NCBI GenBank assembly: GCA_016789725.1
Contig: JAEUQN010000002.1
Coordinates: 24,035-88,034 of the forward strand
Direction: 5' to 3'
Source of the DNA: Blastocatellia bacterium
GTDB taxonomy: Bacteria; Acidobacteriota; Blastocatellia; RBC074
DNA length: 64,000 nucleotides
A program made the translations under genes and the position numbers. Below the pieces are notes generated by a model that saw only the letters and a list, made by a program, of their open reading frames with translations, made no database searches and was not told the origin of the DNA. Of this stretch, positions 9,662 through 18,972 are shown piece after piece (the stretch's first letter is position 1; each line of letters opens with the position of its first letter).

Positions 9662-10480
9662 ATGAAGACCATTCGTCGGCTAAAGACAAGTTTTTGTATT
9701 CTGACATTCGCTGTATTTTCTGTGGTCTGGGCACAGAACAATCAGTCAACCGTTTCTCCGCAAAAGTGGGAAACCGATTATCGCAATAATAATTGCATCA
9801 CTTGCCACGCCCAGTTGACACAGCCAGTGGCCCTGAGTAATCGCTATTTCGAGTGGCATTCATCCGCCCACCGGGATGTCGGAGTGTCTTGCGAAAAATG
9901 TCATGGTGGCAATCCTGCGACTGCGGATAAGGCCAAAGCACACGTTGGAATCTATCCCTATGCCAATCCCGAGAGCCGGATTCATTTTCGGAATTTGCCT
10001 GTTACCTGTCAGTCGTGTCATCAGGGCATCGTCAACACCTTTGTCGAGAGCAAGCATTATCAAAATCTGAAAACGACCGGATTGGGGCCGAGTTGCTCGA
10101 ATTGTCATGCCCACATGGCTTCTGAGGTAGTGTTATCGCCGCAACAAATCTCTACGCTCTGTGCGTATTGCCACGACACTGTGAATGGTGCCTTACCGCC
10201 GCGCCCGGACATCCGCGAGAAAGCCGAGGCCGTGATGCAATCGCTGAACCGGGCGGATGTCGCTGTTTCCTGGGCATCAAGTTTGCTGCGCGAAGCTGAA
10301 CTGAAGCGATTGTCTATTGCGACCGAACGTCTACAGGTCTCAGCCGCTCAGGGCTTGCTCAAAGATGCCAAATTCAGTTGGCATTCCTTTGCCTTGGAAG
10401 CGACGCAAAAGAAAGCCGACGAGGCCTTTGCCCTGGCGATGAGGGCCAGAGAAGACTTGGGGAAAAAGGTCAATCATTGA
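9662..10480 (+). CDS. pentahaem c-type cytochrome, paralog of 8565-9377
   Basis: Signal peptide ending VWA|QN. Five CxxCH motifs (CITCH, CEKCH, CQSCH, CSNCH, CAYCH) are collinear with the upstream paralog. Both share YFEW..S.H...GVSCEKCHGG and a C-terminal WH(A/S)F motif. Confidence 0.85.
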   Translation: MKTIRRLKTSFCILTFAVFSVVWAQNNQSTVSPQKWETDYRNNNCITCHAQLTQPVALSNRYFEWHSSAHRDVGVSCEKCHGGNPATADKAKAHVGIYPYANPESRIHFRNLPVTCQSCHQGIVNTFVESKHYQNLKTTGLGPSCSNCHAHMASEVVLSPQQISTLCAYCHDTVNGALPPRPDIREKAEAVMQSLNRADVAVSWASSLLREAELKRLSIATERLQVSAAQGLLKDAKFSWHSFALEATQKKADEAFALAMRAREDLGKKVNH

Positions 10481-10490
10481 AGAGGAAGTT

Positions 10491-10868
10491 ATGAGCTATC
10501 CAAACACGCTGGCACTGGATTTGATAACTGTCTTGCGTTGGGCCGCGCGAGCCATGAGTGCGATCAGCATTGGGATCGTCGCGTTATTTTTTATTGGCGA
10601 AGGATTCAACCCGACCAAAATTTCGTTACAGGAATGGGCGTTATTTTTGTGTTTTCCCTTTACGGTTGTGGTTGGCCTGATGATGGCGTGGCGTAATGAA
10701 TGGCTGGGCGGAACCATCGCTATCGGCGGATTGCTGAGCTTTTATCTGGTTCACGCCTTGGTGGCGAACGGGCATTTGCCAACTGGCTGGGCGTTTGGGG
10801 CGTTTACTTCGCCGGCCTTGCTATTCTTGTTATATGCGGTGCTGGCGCGTGCGACGAAACCTCGCTGA
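10491..10868 (+). CDS. small integral membrane protein (about 4 TM), unknown family
   Basis: Starts 10 nt after the cytochrome stop, behind GAGGAAG. Four hydrophobic helices. No family recognised. Confidence 0.6.
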   Translation: MSYPNTLALDLITVLRWAARAMSAISIGIVALFFIGEGFNPTKISLQEWALFLCFPFTVVVGLMMAWRNEWLGGTIAIGGLLSFYLVHALVANGHLPTGWAFGAFTSPALLFLLYAVLARATKPR

Positions 10869-10938
10869 CCAAACGGTCAGGCTTGTGATGATGCTGTAAT
10901 CCGAGGACAATTGCGGCGAAATCTACTTGGAGGCACGC

Positions 10939-11883
10939 ATGAAAAAGACGACCCCGTTTGGCGCAATTGAAGTTTTGGATGCACACACCCATTTCTTTTC
11001 ACACCGATTTTTTCAAACTCTCATTAGTCAATCGCCTGCGTTGAGCAAAGAAGCGGATTCAATGGCGCGCGTGGGCGAAATCACGGGATGGACAATGCCA
11101 CCGAGGAATCCGGCGGAGCTGGCCGCGACGTGGCAGTCTGAGTTGGATCGGCATCAACTCTCTGCGGCGATGATGATGGCGAATGTGCCGAATGATGAAG
11201 AGTCCATTGCCACGGCTGTCGCCACATTTCCGAACCGTATCATTGGCGGTTTCTTTCTTGACCCTACCAAACCGGATGCTGAAACCCGTGCCAAACGGGC
11301 GTTTGATGAATTGCATCTGCGCGTGGCGTGCTTGTTTCCGGCAATGTTTCATTTCTCAATGGCGGAAAACGAAGGTGCGCGCGCGGTTGTTGCTTTGATC
11401 AGCGAGCGTCCCGGTACAGCGATTTTCGTGCATTGCGGTGCGCTTTCGGTAGGAGTACGCAAAAAGCTTGGTTTGCTGAGTAAATTTGATCTACGTTACT
11501 CAAACCCGTTGGAGATTTACAAACTCGCGGCAGAGTTTCCCCGCGCGAATTTCATTGTCCCGCATTTTGGTGGCGGGATGTTTCGAGAAGCGATGATGCT
11601 GGCGGATTTATGCCCGAACGTGTTTCTGGATACATCAAGTAGTAACAAGTGGATGCAGTATGAGCCGTCGCCAACGAACTTAGCGACCATCCTCCAACAA
11701 GCGTTACAAGTAGTGGGACACGAGCGATTGCTGTTTGGTTCAGATTCCTCGTTTTTCCCGCGTGGCTGGGTGTCGGACGTGTTTTATGCGCAGGTGGATG
11801 CGCTGCTCAAAATCGGCGTCAGCGAAGAACAGGCACAAGCTATTTTGGGAGGCAATCTGAAGCGATTGTTTGGCCTGCCGTAA
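10939..11883 (+). CDS. amidohydrolase-2 (TIM-barrel metal-dependent hydrolase) family protein
   Basis: N-terminal VLDAHTHFF (HxH metal motif), VHCG, and distal [14 protein letters not shown] 10939 sits 5 nt after GGAGG. The ORF-track TTG 10927 is less likely. Confidence 0.75.
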   Translation: MKKTTPFGAIEVLDAHTHFFSHRFFQTLISQSPALSKEADSMARVGEITGWTMPPRNPAELAATWQSELDRHQLSAAMMMANVPNDEESIATAVATFPNRIIGGFFLDPTKPDAETRAKRAFDELHLRVACLFPAMFHFSMAENEGARAVVALISERPGTAIFVHCGALSVGVRKKLGLLSKFDLRYSNPLEIYKLAAEFPRANFIVPHFGGGMFREAMMLADLCPNVFLDTSSSNKWMQYEPSPTNLATILQQALQVVGHERLLFGSDSSFFPRGWVSDVFYAQVDALLKIGVSEEQAQAILGGNLKRLFGLP

Positions 11884-11891
11884 GTTACGCT

Positions 11892-12395
11892 TCAATGGTC
11901 ATTCTCTTTCTTTTTTTCCGACGACTTCTGACCTTCGGTGGTCATTGCTTCGCCTGCGGCGGTTGCGTTGGCACGAATTTCCGTGTGCCGAATTTGCCCA
12001 CCCAAATTGGCGGCATATCCCAGCAAACCTGTCGCTACCAATCCAAACACCAGCGTCATTGGAACCAACCATTTCGCCCGATGCTGAAACAACCAGGCTC
12101 CCAGGGCAATAAGGCCTGTTAATCCTGCGACAACCAGAGCGATTTTGGCAAAGTCTTCATGCCGTTCAATCAACGCGTGCGTGACGCCGGGCAAGTACTC
12201 TGCGACCTCTTCGGCGGGTTCGCCAGTGAGATAGGCTGGGATGGCAAAGGCGGCTGCGATGACCAAAACACCAAGGCTGGTTTTTTTGAGTTCCTCGCTG
12301 CTGCGCAGGACCGCCCACAGCAGCAATAACACTCCTATCATCATTCCAATTACAGGTACATGATTTAACAGCAAATGCCAGTGTGCTGGGTTCAT
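11892..12395 (-). CDS. integral membrane protein (about 4-5 TM), unknown family
   Basis: The N-terminus is MNPAHWHLLLNHVPVIGMMIGVLLLL, and further helices follow. Lies directly downstream of the hemerythrin gene (24-nt gap). ATG 12395 has AGGAG 7 nt upstream. Confidence 0.6.
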   Translation of the reverse strand: MNPAHWHLLLNHVPVIGMMIGVLLLLWAVLRSSEELKKTSLGVLVIAAAFAIPAYLTGEPAEEVAEYLPGVTHALIERHEDFAKIALVVAGLTGLIALGAWLFQHRAKWLVPMTLVFGLVATGLLGYAANLGGQIRHTEIRANATAAGEAMTTEGQKSSEKKKENDH

Positions 12396-12425
12396 ACTCA
12401 TTCTCCTTGCGGGATCGCTAGGCTT

Positions 12426-12980
12426 TTACACTGCCCACGTTTTTTCTAACTCCGCTGCTAAGTCTTCATAATGCTCGACGGACTTTTCACCTAAGCCATA
12501 CTCAGCTTTGGCAAAGGCATAATTGATCGCGGCCTTCGCTGGCTCATCCAGTATCTCTTCCGCCAGCATAAACAAAATCGAATCCTCGCGGCGCATGTGG
12601 CTCGACAGATGTCGGCTGTAAATGCGCGCATGGTCAATGATTCGATGTTTGGCCGCAGCATCTCCATTTCGGTAATCCGTAACCGCCGCACCAAGATCAA
12701 TCAATAATTGCCGTTCGACCTGATGTTCATGTTTGAGGAAGCCAAGGGGACCACCTTCGACCAGCATGCCACTTTGCTGGAGGGCTGGGAAAAGATACAT
12801 TTCTTCCTTTTCGTGATGAAATCGGTCTGCGTAAATTTGCACAAAATCCAGTGCCTGAACGAGCGCTTCGATGGGAACCTCTTCGTTCAGTTCCAGGCGC
12901 GTGCAAACGCCATCAAGAGCGCGTAACGCTTGTTCAATAATGCGATGTTCGTGTTTGAGCATATGTGTTGGTCGTGACAT
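12426..12980 (-). CDS. hemerythrin (HHE cation-binding) domain protein
   Basis: Repeated H/E ligand motifs: LKHEHRIIE, FHHEKEEMYLFP, LKHEHQVERQLL, HMRREDSILF. AGGAG lies 9 nt upstream of the ATG. Confidence 0.85.
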   Translation of the reverse strand: MSRPTHMLKHEHRIIEQALRALDGVCTRLELNEEVPIEALVQALDFVQIYADRFHHEKEEMYLFPALQQSGMLVEGGPLGFLKHEHQVERQLLIDLGAAVTDYRNGDAAAKHRIIDHARIYSRHLSSHMRREDSILFMLAEEILDEPAKAAINYAFAKAEYGLGEKSVEHYEDLAAELEKTWAV

Positions 12981-13054
12981 AGTTCGTATCTCCTTTTAGC
13001 TTCGCCGCCGTTACTTCATAGATAAAATTATTAGTGCCAAGGTGCATCAAAGGC

Positions 13055-13070
13055 TGCGAAAGCTTACGCA
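13055..13070. promoter_or_regulatory. 16-bp near-palindrome TGCGAAAGCTTACGCA, candidate Crp/Fnr-family operator
   Basis: Identical to the 8475-8490 element at 13 of 16 positions. Its centre is 82.5 nt from the hemerythrin start codon (12980), the same spacing as at the cytochrome gene. Confidence 0.35.
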
Positions 13071-13327
13071 ACACTTTCTGTACCATTCCAAATAATACCT
13101 GTTGCAATCCGCATGCCTGTGTCTGTTGAAAGACATTTGGGGAAAATTTTTGTGTCTTGAACAAAGGATCATTTGGGCTATTGGGGGAGTTTGCGCAGCA
13201 ACCGTGCAGAATCACTCTCTTAATCCGGTAATACTCATTTCCCAGGACCGATTCAGCCACGGCATATAGGTTGCCTTTATAAAAACTCAGTTGCCGATGG
13301 ATTAGTAATTCTTTGCTAAGTGACTTT

Positions 13328-14044
13328 ATGAATTTTGTCTACCATGCAGCAATCATCAAGCGTTGCCATAGTTGTAAAGGCTATTTCCCGCAATCTTTTT
13401 GTGCGATGTCGCCCGCGCCGCTTCAGGCCTTTGAGCAAATTGTTCATTCACATTTTTATCCCCAAGGAACGTTATTGTTTTTGGAAGGGCAACCCTCGCG
13501 CGGCGTGTTTATTCTTTGCAGTGGGCGCGCCAAACTCTCTTTTAGCTCAGGGAATGGAAAATCGCTGATGCGAGTGACGGATCCGGGGGAAATTCTCGGC
13601 TTAAGTGCGGTGATTTCAGGTGCACCGTATGAGGTTTCGGCGGAGATGCTCCACGATGGACAGGTGAAATTTGTTCAGCGGGAAGTGTTTCTGCAATTTT
13701 TACAGGAGCATGGCGAAGCCAGTTTGCACGTCGCCAAATTGTTGAGCCGTGCCTATTCTACCGTTTGCGATCAGGTGCGCTCGTTGGCGCTTTCGGATTC
13801 CGTCGGTGAAAAATTAGCCAAGTTATTACTCGACTGGTGTGCGAGTGAAGGGAAGGAAACAGAGCACGGAATTCATCTGAAGCTTTCGCTGACGCACGGA
13901 GAAATCGCGCAAATGATCGGCGCTTCACGCGAAACGGTCACACGACTCTTGGGCGATTTGCGTAACAAACGTGTGATTGGGCTGAACGGTTCCAGCCTCT
14001 ACATCCAAAATAAAGCGGCGTTGGAAAGCATTGTGAATTTTTGA
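13328..14044 (+). CDS. Crp/Fnr family transcriptional regulator with N-terminal Cys cluster
   Basis: cNMP-binding beta-roll ([24 protein letters not shown]), dimer helix, and a C-terminal HTH ([24 protein letters not shown]). The N-terminal [13 protein letters not shown] (CxxCx8C) is present only if the start is ATG 13328 or TTG 13313. ATG 13406 is an alternative start. Confidence 0.85.
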   Translation: MNFVYHAAIIKRCHSCKGYFPQSFCAMSPAPLQAFEQIVHSHFYPQGTLLFLEGQPSRGVFILCSGRAKLSFSSGNGKSLMRVTDPGEILGLSAVISGAPYEVSAEMLHDGQVKFVQREVFLQFLQEHGEASLHVAKLLSRAYSTVCDQVRSLALSDSVGEKLAKLLLDWCASEGKETEHGIHLKLSLTHGEIAQMIGASRETVTRLLGDLRNKRVIGLNGSSLYIQNKAALESIVNF

Positions 14045-14186
14045 GCTGACCAAGCAAATTGCCTTATCCAGGGTCACCCCGATCTGTAGAGGCAGGGGAA
14101 AAAGTGAAAAAGAGTGGCGAGAGTTTGGATAAGACTTTTGATGTGAGAGTAAAATTGAATAAATGCCCGTAAGTTATTGAAAAGAT

Positions 14187-14262
<76 letters not shown>

Positions 14263-14575
14263 TTAATAGTATGCGATTTCGAAGAGATAGTAGCTATCTA
14301 GTGACACGTCACATATCAAGGACATTCAACTTTTCAGAAAACGCTCAACTAATGAGTGGAGAGTTATACTCAGAGAACGAAAAAAATGCAACCCTGTTCG
14401 AGATGTTTCTTTATGCATTAGCAATGGAAAAGCGTGGAATATTGAACGGCTCTTCAGATAGATTGCTAGGAGAAACCAGGGAATTTAGTCTGAGAAGATA
14501 TTTCTTGTACGCTTGGGTTATCGCACAGTTCCTACAAAATGAGCTACAGGCTCTGTCGGGTCACTTCTAAAAAAA

Positions 14576-15265
14576 TCACAACTGTGGCCAGATGCTTCCA
14601 TCGGCGTACTCAATTTTCTTGATTGAAACAGGCTCCTGCGGAAATTGTGATGGGTCCTGAAAGCTTTTACTGCATACCGATTCGAAGGTTTTCCCTTGGC
14701 TAATCGTCACTACTTTGCACCTCATTGCACCTCCTGGAAGCGGTTGCTTAAGGGTCTTTTTGCCGCCCGGTTTGATGTCCGTTTTGGTGCTTACCTCAAA
14801 GCGTAAAATCAACTTGTCATTTTCATAGCGGGGGAACGCGAAATCCCATTCGATGGACTTGATGCCTTTGTTTGAGAGGTTCTTAACTGAAACACTGATC
14901 CATTCTGCCAGGTCAATGACGCGAATTGTAGATTGCAATCGGCCTCGTGTGCGGCGGTCTTCGGGTGCAATCACTCCACGTGGCGTTGCTTGATTGTAGG
15001 TTGAGTTCCCACGAGTTGATTGAGCATTGCGACGCGCAACTTTCTCGGCTTCGGTTTGTGGGATTTCGACAGCTTCGGCAGAAAAGCTGGAGGGTTGACG
15101 ATCCAGCAACGGGTAATAATTGTTACCGATCTTGAAGCTGATTATTTCGACGGCAGGCTTGCTTGGCGCTGGCGTTGGCTGGGGAAAAGATTGAGACACC
15201 ACAGGGAACGAAAGACCCGCTACACAGGCTAAAATGAACAGCGATCTGGACAACAAACATCGCAT
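14576..15265 (-). CDS. secreted hypothetical protein
   Basis: Signal peptide MRCLLSRSLFILACVAGLSFPVVSQS. AGGA RBS. No family recognised. Confidence 0.6.
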   Translation of the reverse strand: MRCLLSRSLFILACVAGLSFPVVSQSFPQPTPAPSKPAVEIISFKIGNNYYPLLDRQPSSFSAEAVEIPQTEAEKVARRNAQSTRGNSTYNQATPRGVIAPEDRRTRGRLQSTIRVIDLAEWISVSVKNLSNKGIKSIEWDFAFPRYENDKLILRFEVSTKTDIKPGGKKTLKQPLPGGAMRCKVVTISQGKTFESVCSKSFQDPSQFPQEPVSIKKIEYADGSIWPQL

Positions 15266-15321
15266 AAGTTATTCCTTTCTGATGTGGAGAGATTCTGGAA
15301 ACCATCTTACTCCTGCTGACA

Positions 15322-15371
15322 AAGAAAGAAAAAAGAAAAGCTCGCCCAGTGAAAATACTGGACGAGCTTTT
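15322..15371 (-). terminator. rho-independent terminator after the TonB-dependent receptor gene
   Basis: 13-bp stem AAAGCTCGCCCAG (15337-15349) / CTGGACGAGCTTT (15358-15370) with one mismatch and an 8-nt loop. An A-run on the plus strand to the left gives a U-run for the minus transcript. Confidence 0.7.
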
Positions 15372-15393
15372 GAGTTGTTACTAAGCCGTAAGC

Positions 15394-18300
15394 CTAGAAC
15401 TGATAGCGCAACGCGAATTGTAATTGGCGTTCGCTGCTCTTGGTCTGAATCTTACCAAACGTTGGGCTGCGCGGATTGCCATCCGGGCCATCCCAGTTCG
15501 GATGATTCGGCCAGTTATAGGCCTCTGCGCGGAACTGAATCTTTTGGGATTCTGTAATGCGGAAGTCTTTGAAGAGCGTGAAATTGTGATTCTGGAATCC
15601 AGGCACATAAATAATCCCGCGTGATTTTTGCGTGGAAAATGTTCCTGGCGTCGGTTGCGTGTACAAGCAAGACGTCGGATCGTTTGTACCACCGCTGGTT
15701 GAGGTGCTGTTGGGGGTGCAGGTTTTACCTGGCAAGCTGACTTGGAACCAGTAGTTCGGATCCGCTGCATTGCTTGCGAATTGTTTCGTCAGATTGATTG
15801 GTCCATTAACGATCCAAAGCTGCGAACCACTACCCGGTCCAACGCCTGCAAAGTCGTCACCTGTGGCGATGGTGCCAGGGGTACCGCTCTGCCATTGCGA
15901 AATGGCGCTGATCGTCCACCCACCTAACAACTTGCCCTTCCAGTTCGAGGCATCTTTGAAAATCGGTAGCTGATACACCGCATTGACAACCATCACGTGA
16001 CGGCGGTCAAAGGTGGATGGGCCATACAGGTTGCTGACGTTGAAGGCATTCGGAACCACGTCGCGTTGGGCGGAGCCATCATCTTGTGATTTCGACAAGG
16101 TATAAGCCAAGCCAAACAAGAAGCCGTTGTTGAAGCGGCGATTGGCACCAAATTGCAATCCATGATACTGCGAATTTGCATCGTTATTGGTTACGCGAAT
16201 AATTCCATAACCCTTGAATGGACGCAGGAAGTCAGGGTTCACACCGGGATTCGCCTGTACTGTACCGGGTTGCAATTGATTGATGTTCCGTTCACGTTGT
16301 TGATGCAAGCCGCGACGTCCAACATAGCTGACTTCAACGATGGTATCGAACCCAACTTCGCGCTCAAACGTGGTATTCCAGGTCCACGCTTCAGGGTTTT
16401 TGAAGATCGGGTCTTGTGTCGTGACGACCAACGGGAAGACGCGTCCTGCCGTACCGCCTGGATTGTCAACGTTACCATTAGCAATCGAAACGGTCGGTTG
16501 CAGCGGCGGATTTCCACCGAGGAAGACGGAGTCGCTCACGCCTAAACGCGTGAAGAAACGTCCCACGCCTGCGCGCAGCACGGTTTTGTCGTTAAAGGCA
16601 TACGCCAAGCCAAAACGCGGTTGGAAGTTGTTCTTATGGATTTTTGAATATTCCTTACTGACACCACGGAAGAGGAAGTCGAACTCACCCGTTGTCGCAA
16701 TCGGAATACGACCCGGTCCTTTCGCTGCATCCGGCCAACCATCGCCTGGGATCACAAGACCGTTGTAGCGGGCTTGCAAATCATTCGGGTTGGACGTGAT
16801 GAAACCGGTTGCAGGATCCTGGGTAACAGCTCTGCTGGGATTGTAGAAGGTTGGATCAAAAACCGTCATGTTGCGCCACAGGCTGTAGTACGGCTGAATG
16901 ATGCTGTGCCGCAACCCTGCTTCGACGCGCAGCTTCGGCGTCATTTTCCACGAATCCTGTGCGAACCACTCAAACATGTGACCGCGATAGGGCGTGAATG
17001 AACGTTTGCCGATTTCGGCGTAGGTGTCGAATCTGCCAATCGCTACGTTGCCGATAGCTACACCGGTACCACCTGGCGTAGAGTTGTTGAACACGAAGCG
17101 ACCGTTTTGATTGTTTGTGCCGCCGGGCGTACCCGAAACGTTGATTTGGTCAAAGTCATTCTGTCCGGCGCGTTCAAAATAGCCACCGAATTTGATCGTA
17201 TGGTTGCCACGAATGTTCGTCCAGTTATTGCTGGCCTGATAAATCGGGCCGGTGGAGCTGGCCGGATATGGACCACCGTCTAAGCTGGCGAACTGGTCAA
17301 TACCATCCACGGTGGGGATTTTGTCCAGGATTTCTTTGTTATCCGGGAAGAGATAAGGATAGTTGATGCCGTAGTTGCTGCGTTTGAAGCGATCTCCGCG
17401 TGTGTCCACAGCAATGAACACCTGGTCGCGGCTGCCCGCCAGCAAGGTTTCACTGATCCAGGTCGAGGATAGAGACCACGTCCAGTTGATCGAAATCGTT
17501 TGGTTCGGACGATCAATGATCTGTGGTGCGCGGTCAGTACCTCCGCGATGGGCACTGACATCAACGAAGTGGTACAGGGACAAACGACCTTTGATTTGAT
17601 TTCTTTCGTTGGGATAGTAATCAATCGAAAGCGTGTCTTTCCGTTGATCGGTTTGCGTCGGGCGATCCTGGAAATAATTCTGACCACTGGAAGTATAGAA
17701 ACCAGCAATCGGGTCCGGGAAGGCTTTCAGCAAAGCCAATCCATTGGCGCTGAGACGGCTGGCGGGAATCTTGTTGACGATACCGCCATCACGGAAACAA
17801 GCCGTTTGATCGGTGGCGTTACAGTTCCCCGTCAGGAGCGGGTCTTTGATGAAACGAACCACACGCAGCGGGTTATTGGCATCCGTTAATTCGCTGAAGT
17901 CGCCAGTGCGCATCTTCGCCGTTGGCACGCGAATCGTGGTGTTGCCGGTTGCGCGTTGTTTCACCCATTCTTGTCCCCATAACCAGAAGAGTTTGCTGCG
18001 GTCTTTGTTGAATTCTGTGCCAGGAATAACCACCGGGCCACTCAAGCTGTACCCAAACTGGTTATAACGGAACGGATTTGGGCGGCAATGCGCAGCTTTC
18101 TCAAAAGCTGGATTGTCGCAGGGTTGATTCGCGGGCGTATTGCGGTTGCGTCCCCACGTATTGGTATTGAACGCCGCATTACGCATAAATTCATAGAACG
18201 TACCGTGAAAATCTTTGCTGCCTGATTTCGTCACGATGCGTACCTGACCACCAGCCGAACGACCATATTCGGCGTTATAATTTGCCGTCAGAATTTGGAC

Positions 18301-18972
18301 TTCTTGCGTAGCTTCCACGTCTGCTGCACCGATACTGGTGCCGTTGGAACGAGTACGCACACCGACTGCGCCGTCAAATGTGACGAGCGTGTCCTGGGTG
18401 CGCGCACCATTGATAACGAGTCCGCCTGTGGTTAAGCCGAAGCTATTACCGCCGAGGGCACCACCTTGCACGCCGGGTTTGAGTTGCGCCAGGAAGAGCG
18501 GATTGCGTCCGTTCATCTGGAGATACTCGACCTGTTTGGTTTCGACCAATTTGCCGACAGTGGCCGATTCCGTTTGGACTTGTGCGGTCGAGGCCGTCAC
18601 CGTCACGGTTTCTGTAACTGCGCCTGTTTGCAAATCGGCATCTACGCGGGCCGGGACGTTCGGATCAAGCTTTTTGCTGGTTTCTCTGTACAGCTTAAAT
18701 CCACTGGCCTCAATCGTCACCGTATAAATCCCGGAGGGGAGAGAGGTGATGACATAATAGCCATCAGAATTGGAAACGGTTGATCGCTCGAAGTCTCGCG
18801 TCTCGTTTTTGACGGTGACTTTCGCATTGGCGATAACCGCGCCGGATTGGTCTTTGACCGTACCGGAAAGTGTTGTGTTGTCGGATTGCGCAAAGGCGAG
18901 TAGCGAACTCAGCGCCAGGCACAACCCAATGCTCAACAGTTGCGTGAGCATTTTTGTTTTATGGGTCAACAT
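15394..18972 (-). CDS. TonB-dependent outer-membrane receptor with N-terminal carboxypeptidase-regulatory-like domain
   Basis: Signal peptide, then TLSGTVKDQSGAVIANAKVTVKNE..DGYYVITSLPSGIYTVTIEASGFK (CarboxypepD_reg). A plug-like LQMNGRNPLFLAQLKPGV follows, then a long beta-barrel ending LQFALRYQF. I chose ATG 18972 because GAGGAG lies 7 nt upstream. Confidence 0.9.
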   Translation of the reverse strand: MLTHKTKMLTQLLSIGLCLALSSLLAFAQSDNTTLSGTVKDQSGAVIANAKVTVKNETRDFERSTVSNSDGYYVITSLPSGIYTVTIEASGFKLYRETSKKLDPNVPARVDADLQTGAVTETVTVTASTAQVQTESATVGKLVETKQVEYLQMNGRNPLFLAQLKPGVQGGALGGNSFGLTTGGLVINGARTQDTLVTFDGAVGVRTRSNGTSIGAADVEATQEVQILTANYNAEYGRSAGGQVRIVTKSGSKDFHGTFYEFMRNAAFNTNTWGRNRNTPANQPCDNPAFEKAAHCRPNPFRYNQFGYSLSGPVVIPGTEFNKDRSKLFWLWGQEWVKQRATGNTTIRVPTAKMRTGDFSELTDANNPLRVVRFIKDPLLTGNCNATDQTACFRDGGIVNKIPASRLSANGLALLKAFPDPIAGFYTSSGQNYFQDRPTQTDQRKDTLSIDYYPNERNQIKGRLSLYHFVDVSAHRGGTDRAPQIIDRPNQTISINWTWSLSSTWISETLLAGSRDQVFIAVDTRGDRFKRSNYGINYPYLFPDNKEILDKIPTVDGIDQFASLDGGPYPASSTGPIYQASNNWTNIRGNHTIKFGGYFERAGQNDFDQINVSGTPGGTNNQNGRFVFNNSTPGGTGVAIGNVAIGRFDTYAEIGKRSFTPYRGHMFEWFAQDSWKMTPKLRVEAGLRHSIIQPYYSLWRNMTVFDPTFYNPSRAVTQDPATGFITSNPNDLQARYNGLVIPGDGWPDAAKGPGRIPIATTGEFDFLFRGVSKEYSKIHKNNFQPRFGLAYAFNDKTVLRAGVGRFFTRLGVSDSVFLGGNPPLQPTVSIANGNVDNPGGTAGRVFPLVVTTQDPIFKNPEAWTWNTTFEREVGFDTIVEVSYVGRRGLHQQRERNINQLQPGTVQANPGVNPDFLRPFKGYGIIRVTNNDANSQYHGLQFGANRRFNNGFLFGLAYTLSKSQDDGSAQRDVVPNAFNVSNLYGPSTFDRRHVMVVNAVYQLPIFKDASNWKGKLLGGWTISAISQWQSGTPGTIATGDDFAGVGPGSGSQLWIVNGPINLTKQFASNAADPNYWFQVSLPGKTCTPNSTSTSGGTNDPTSCLYTQPTPGTFSTQKSRGIIYVPGFQNHNFTLFKDFRITESQKIQFRAEAYNWPNHPNWDGPDGNPRSPTFGKIQTKSSERQLQFALRYQF

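Noticed and set aside
13118-13161. TGTCT-N6-AGACA mini-palindrome and TGTGTCT(G)TTGAA direct repeat as FNR/CRP boxes
   Set aside because: The arms are only 5 bp. The spacing and sequence do not match TTGAT-N4-ATCAA or TGTGA-N6-TCACA. The 16-bp palindrome at 13055-13070 is the stronger candidate.
14271-14570. 99-codon ORF in the AT-rich patch beside tRNA-Phe
   Set aside because: No RBS and no recognisable family. Composition is atypical for the window. Not enough support to call it a gene.
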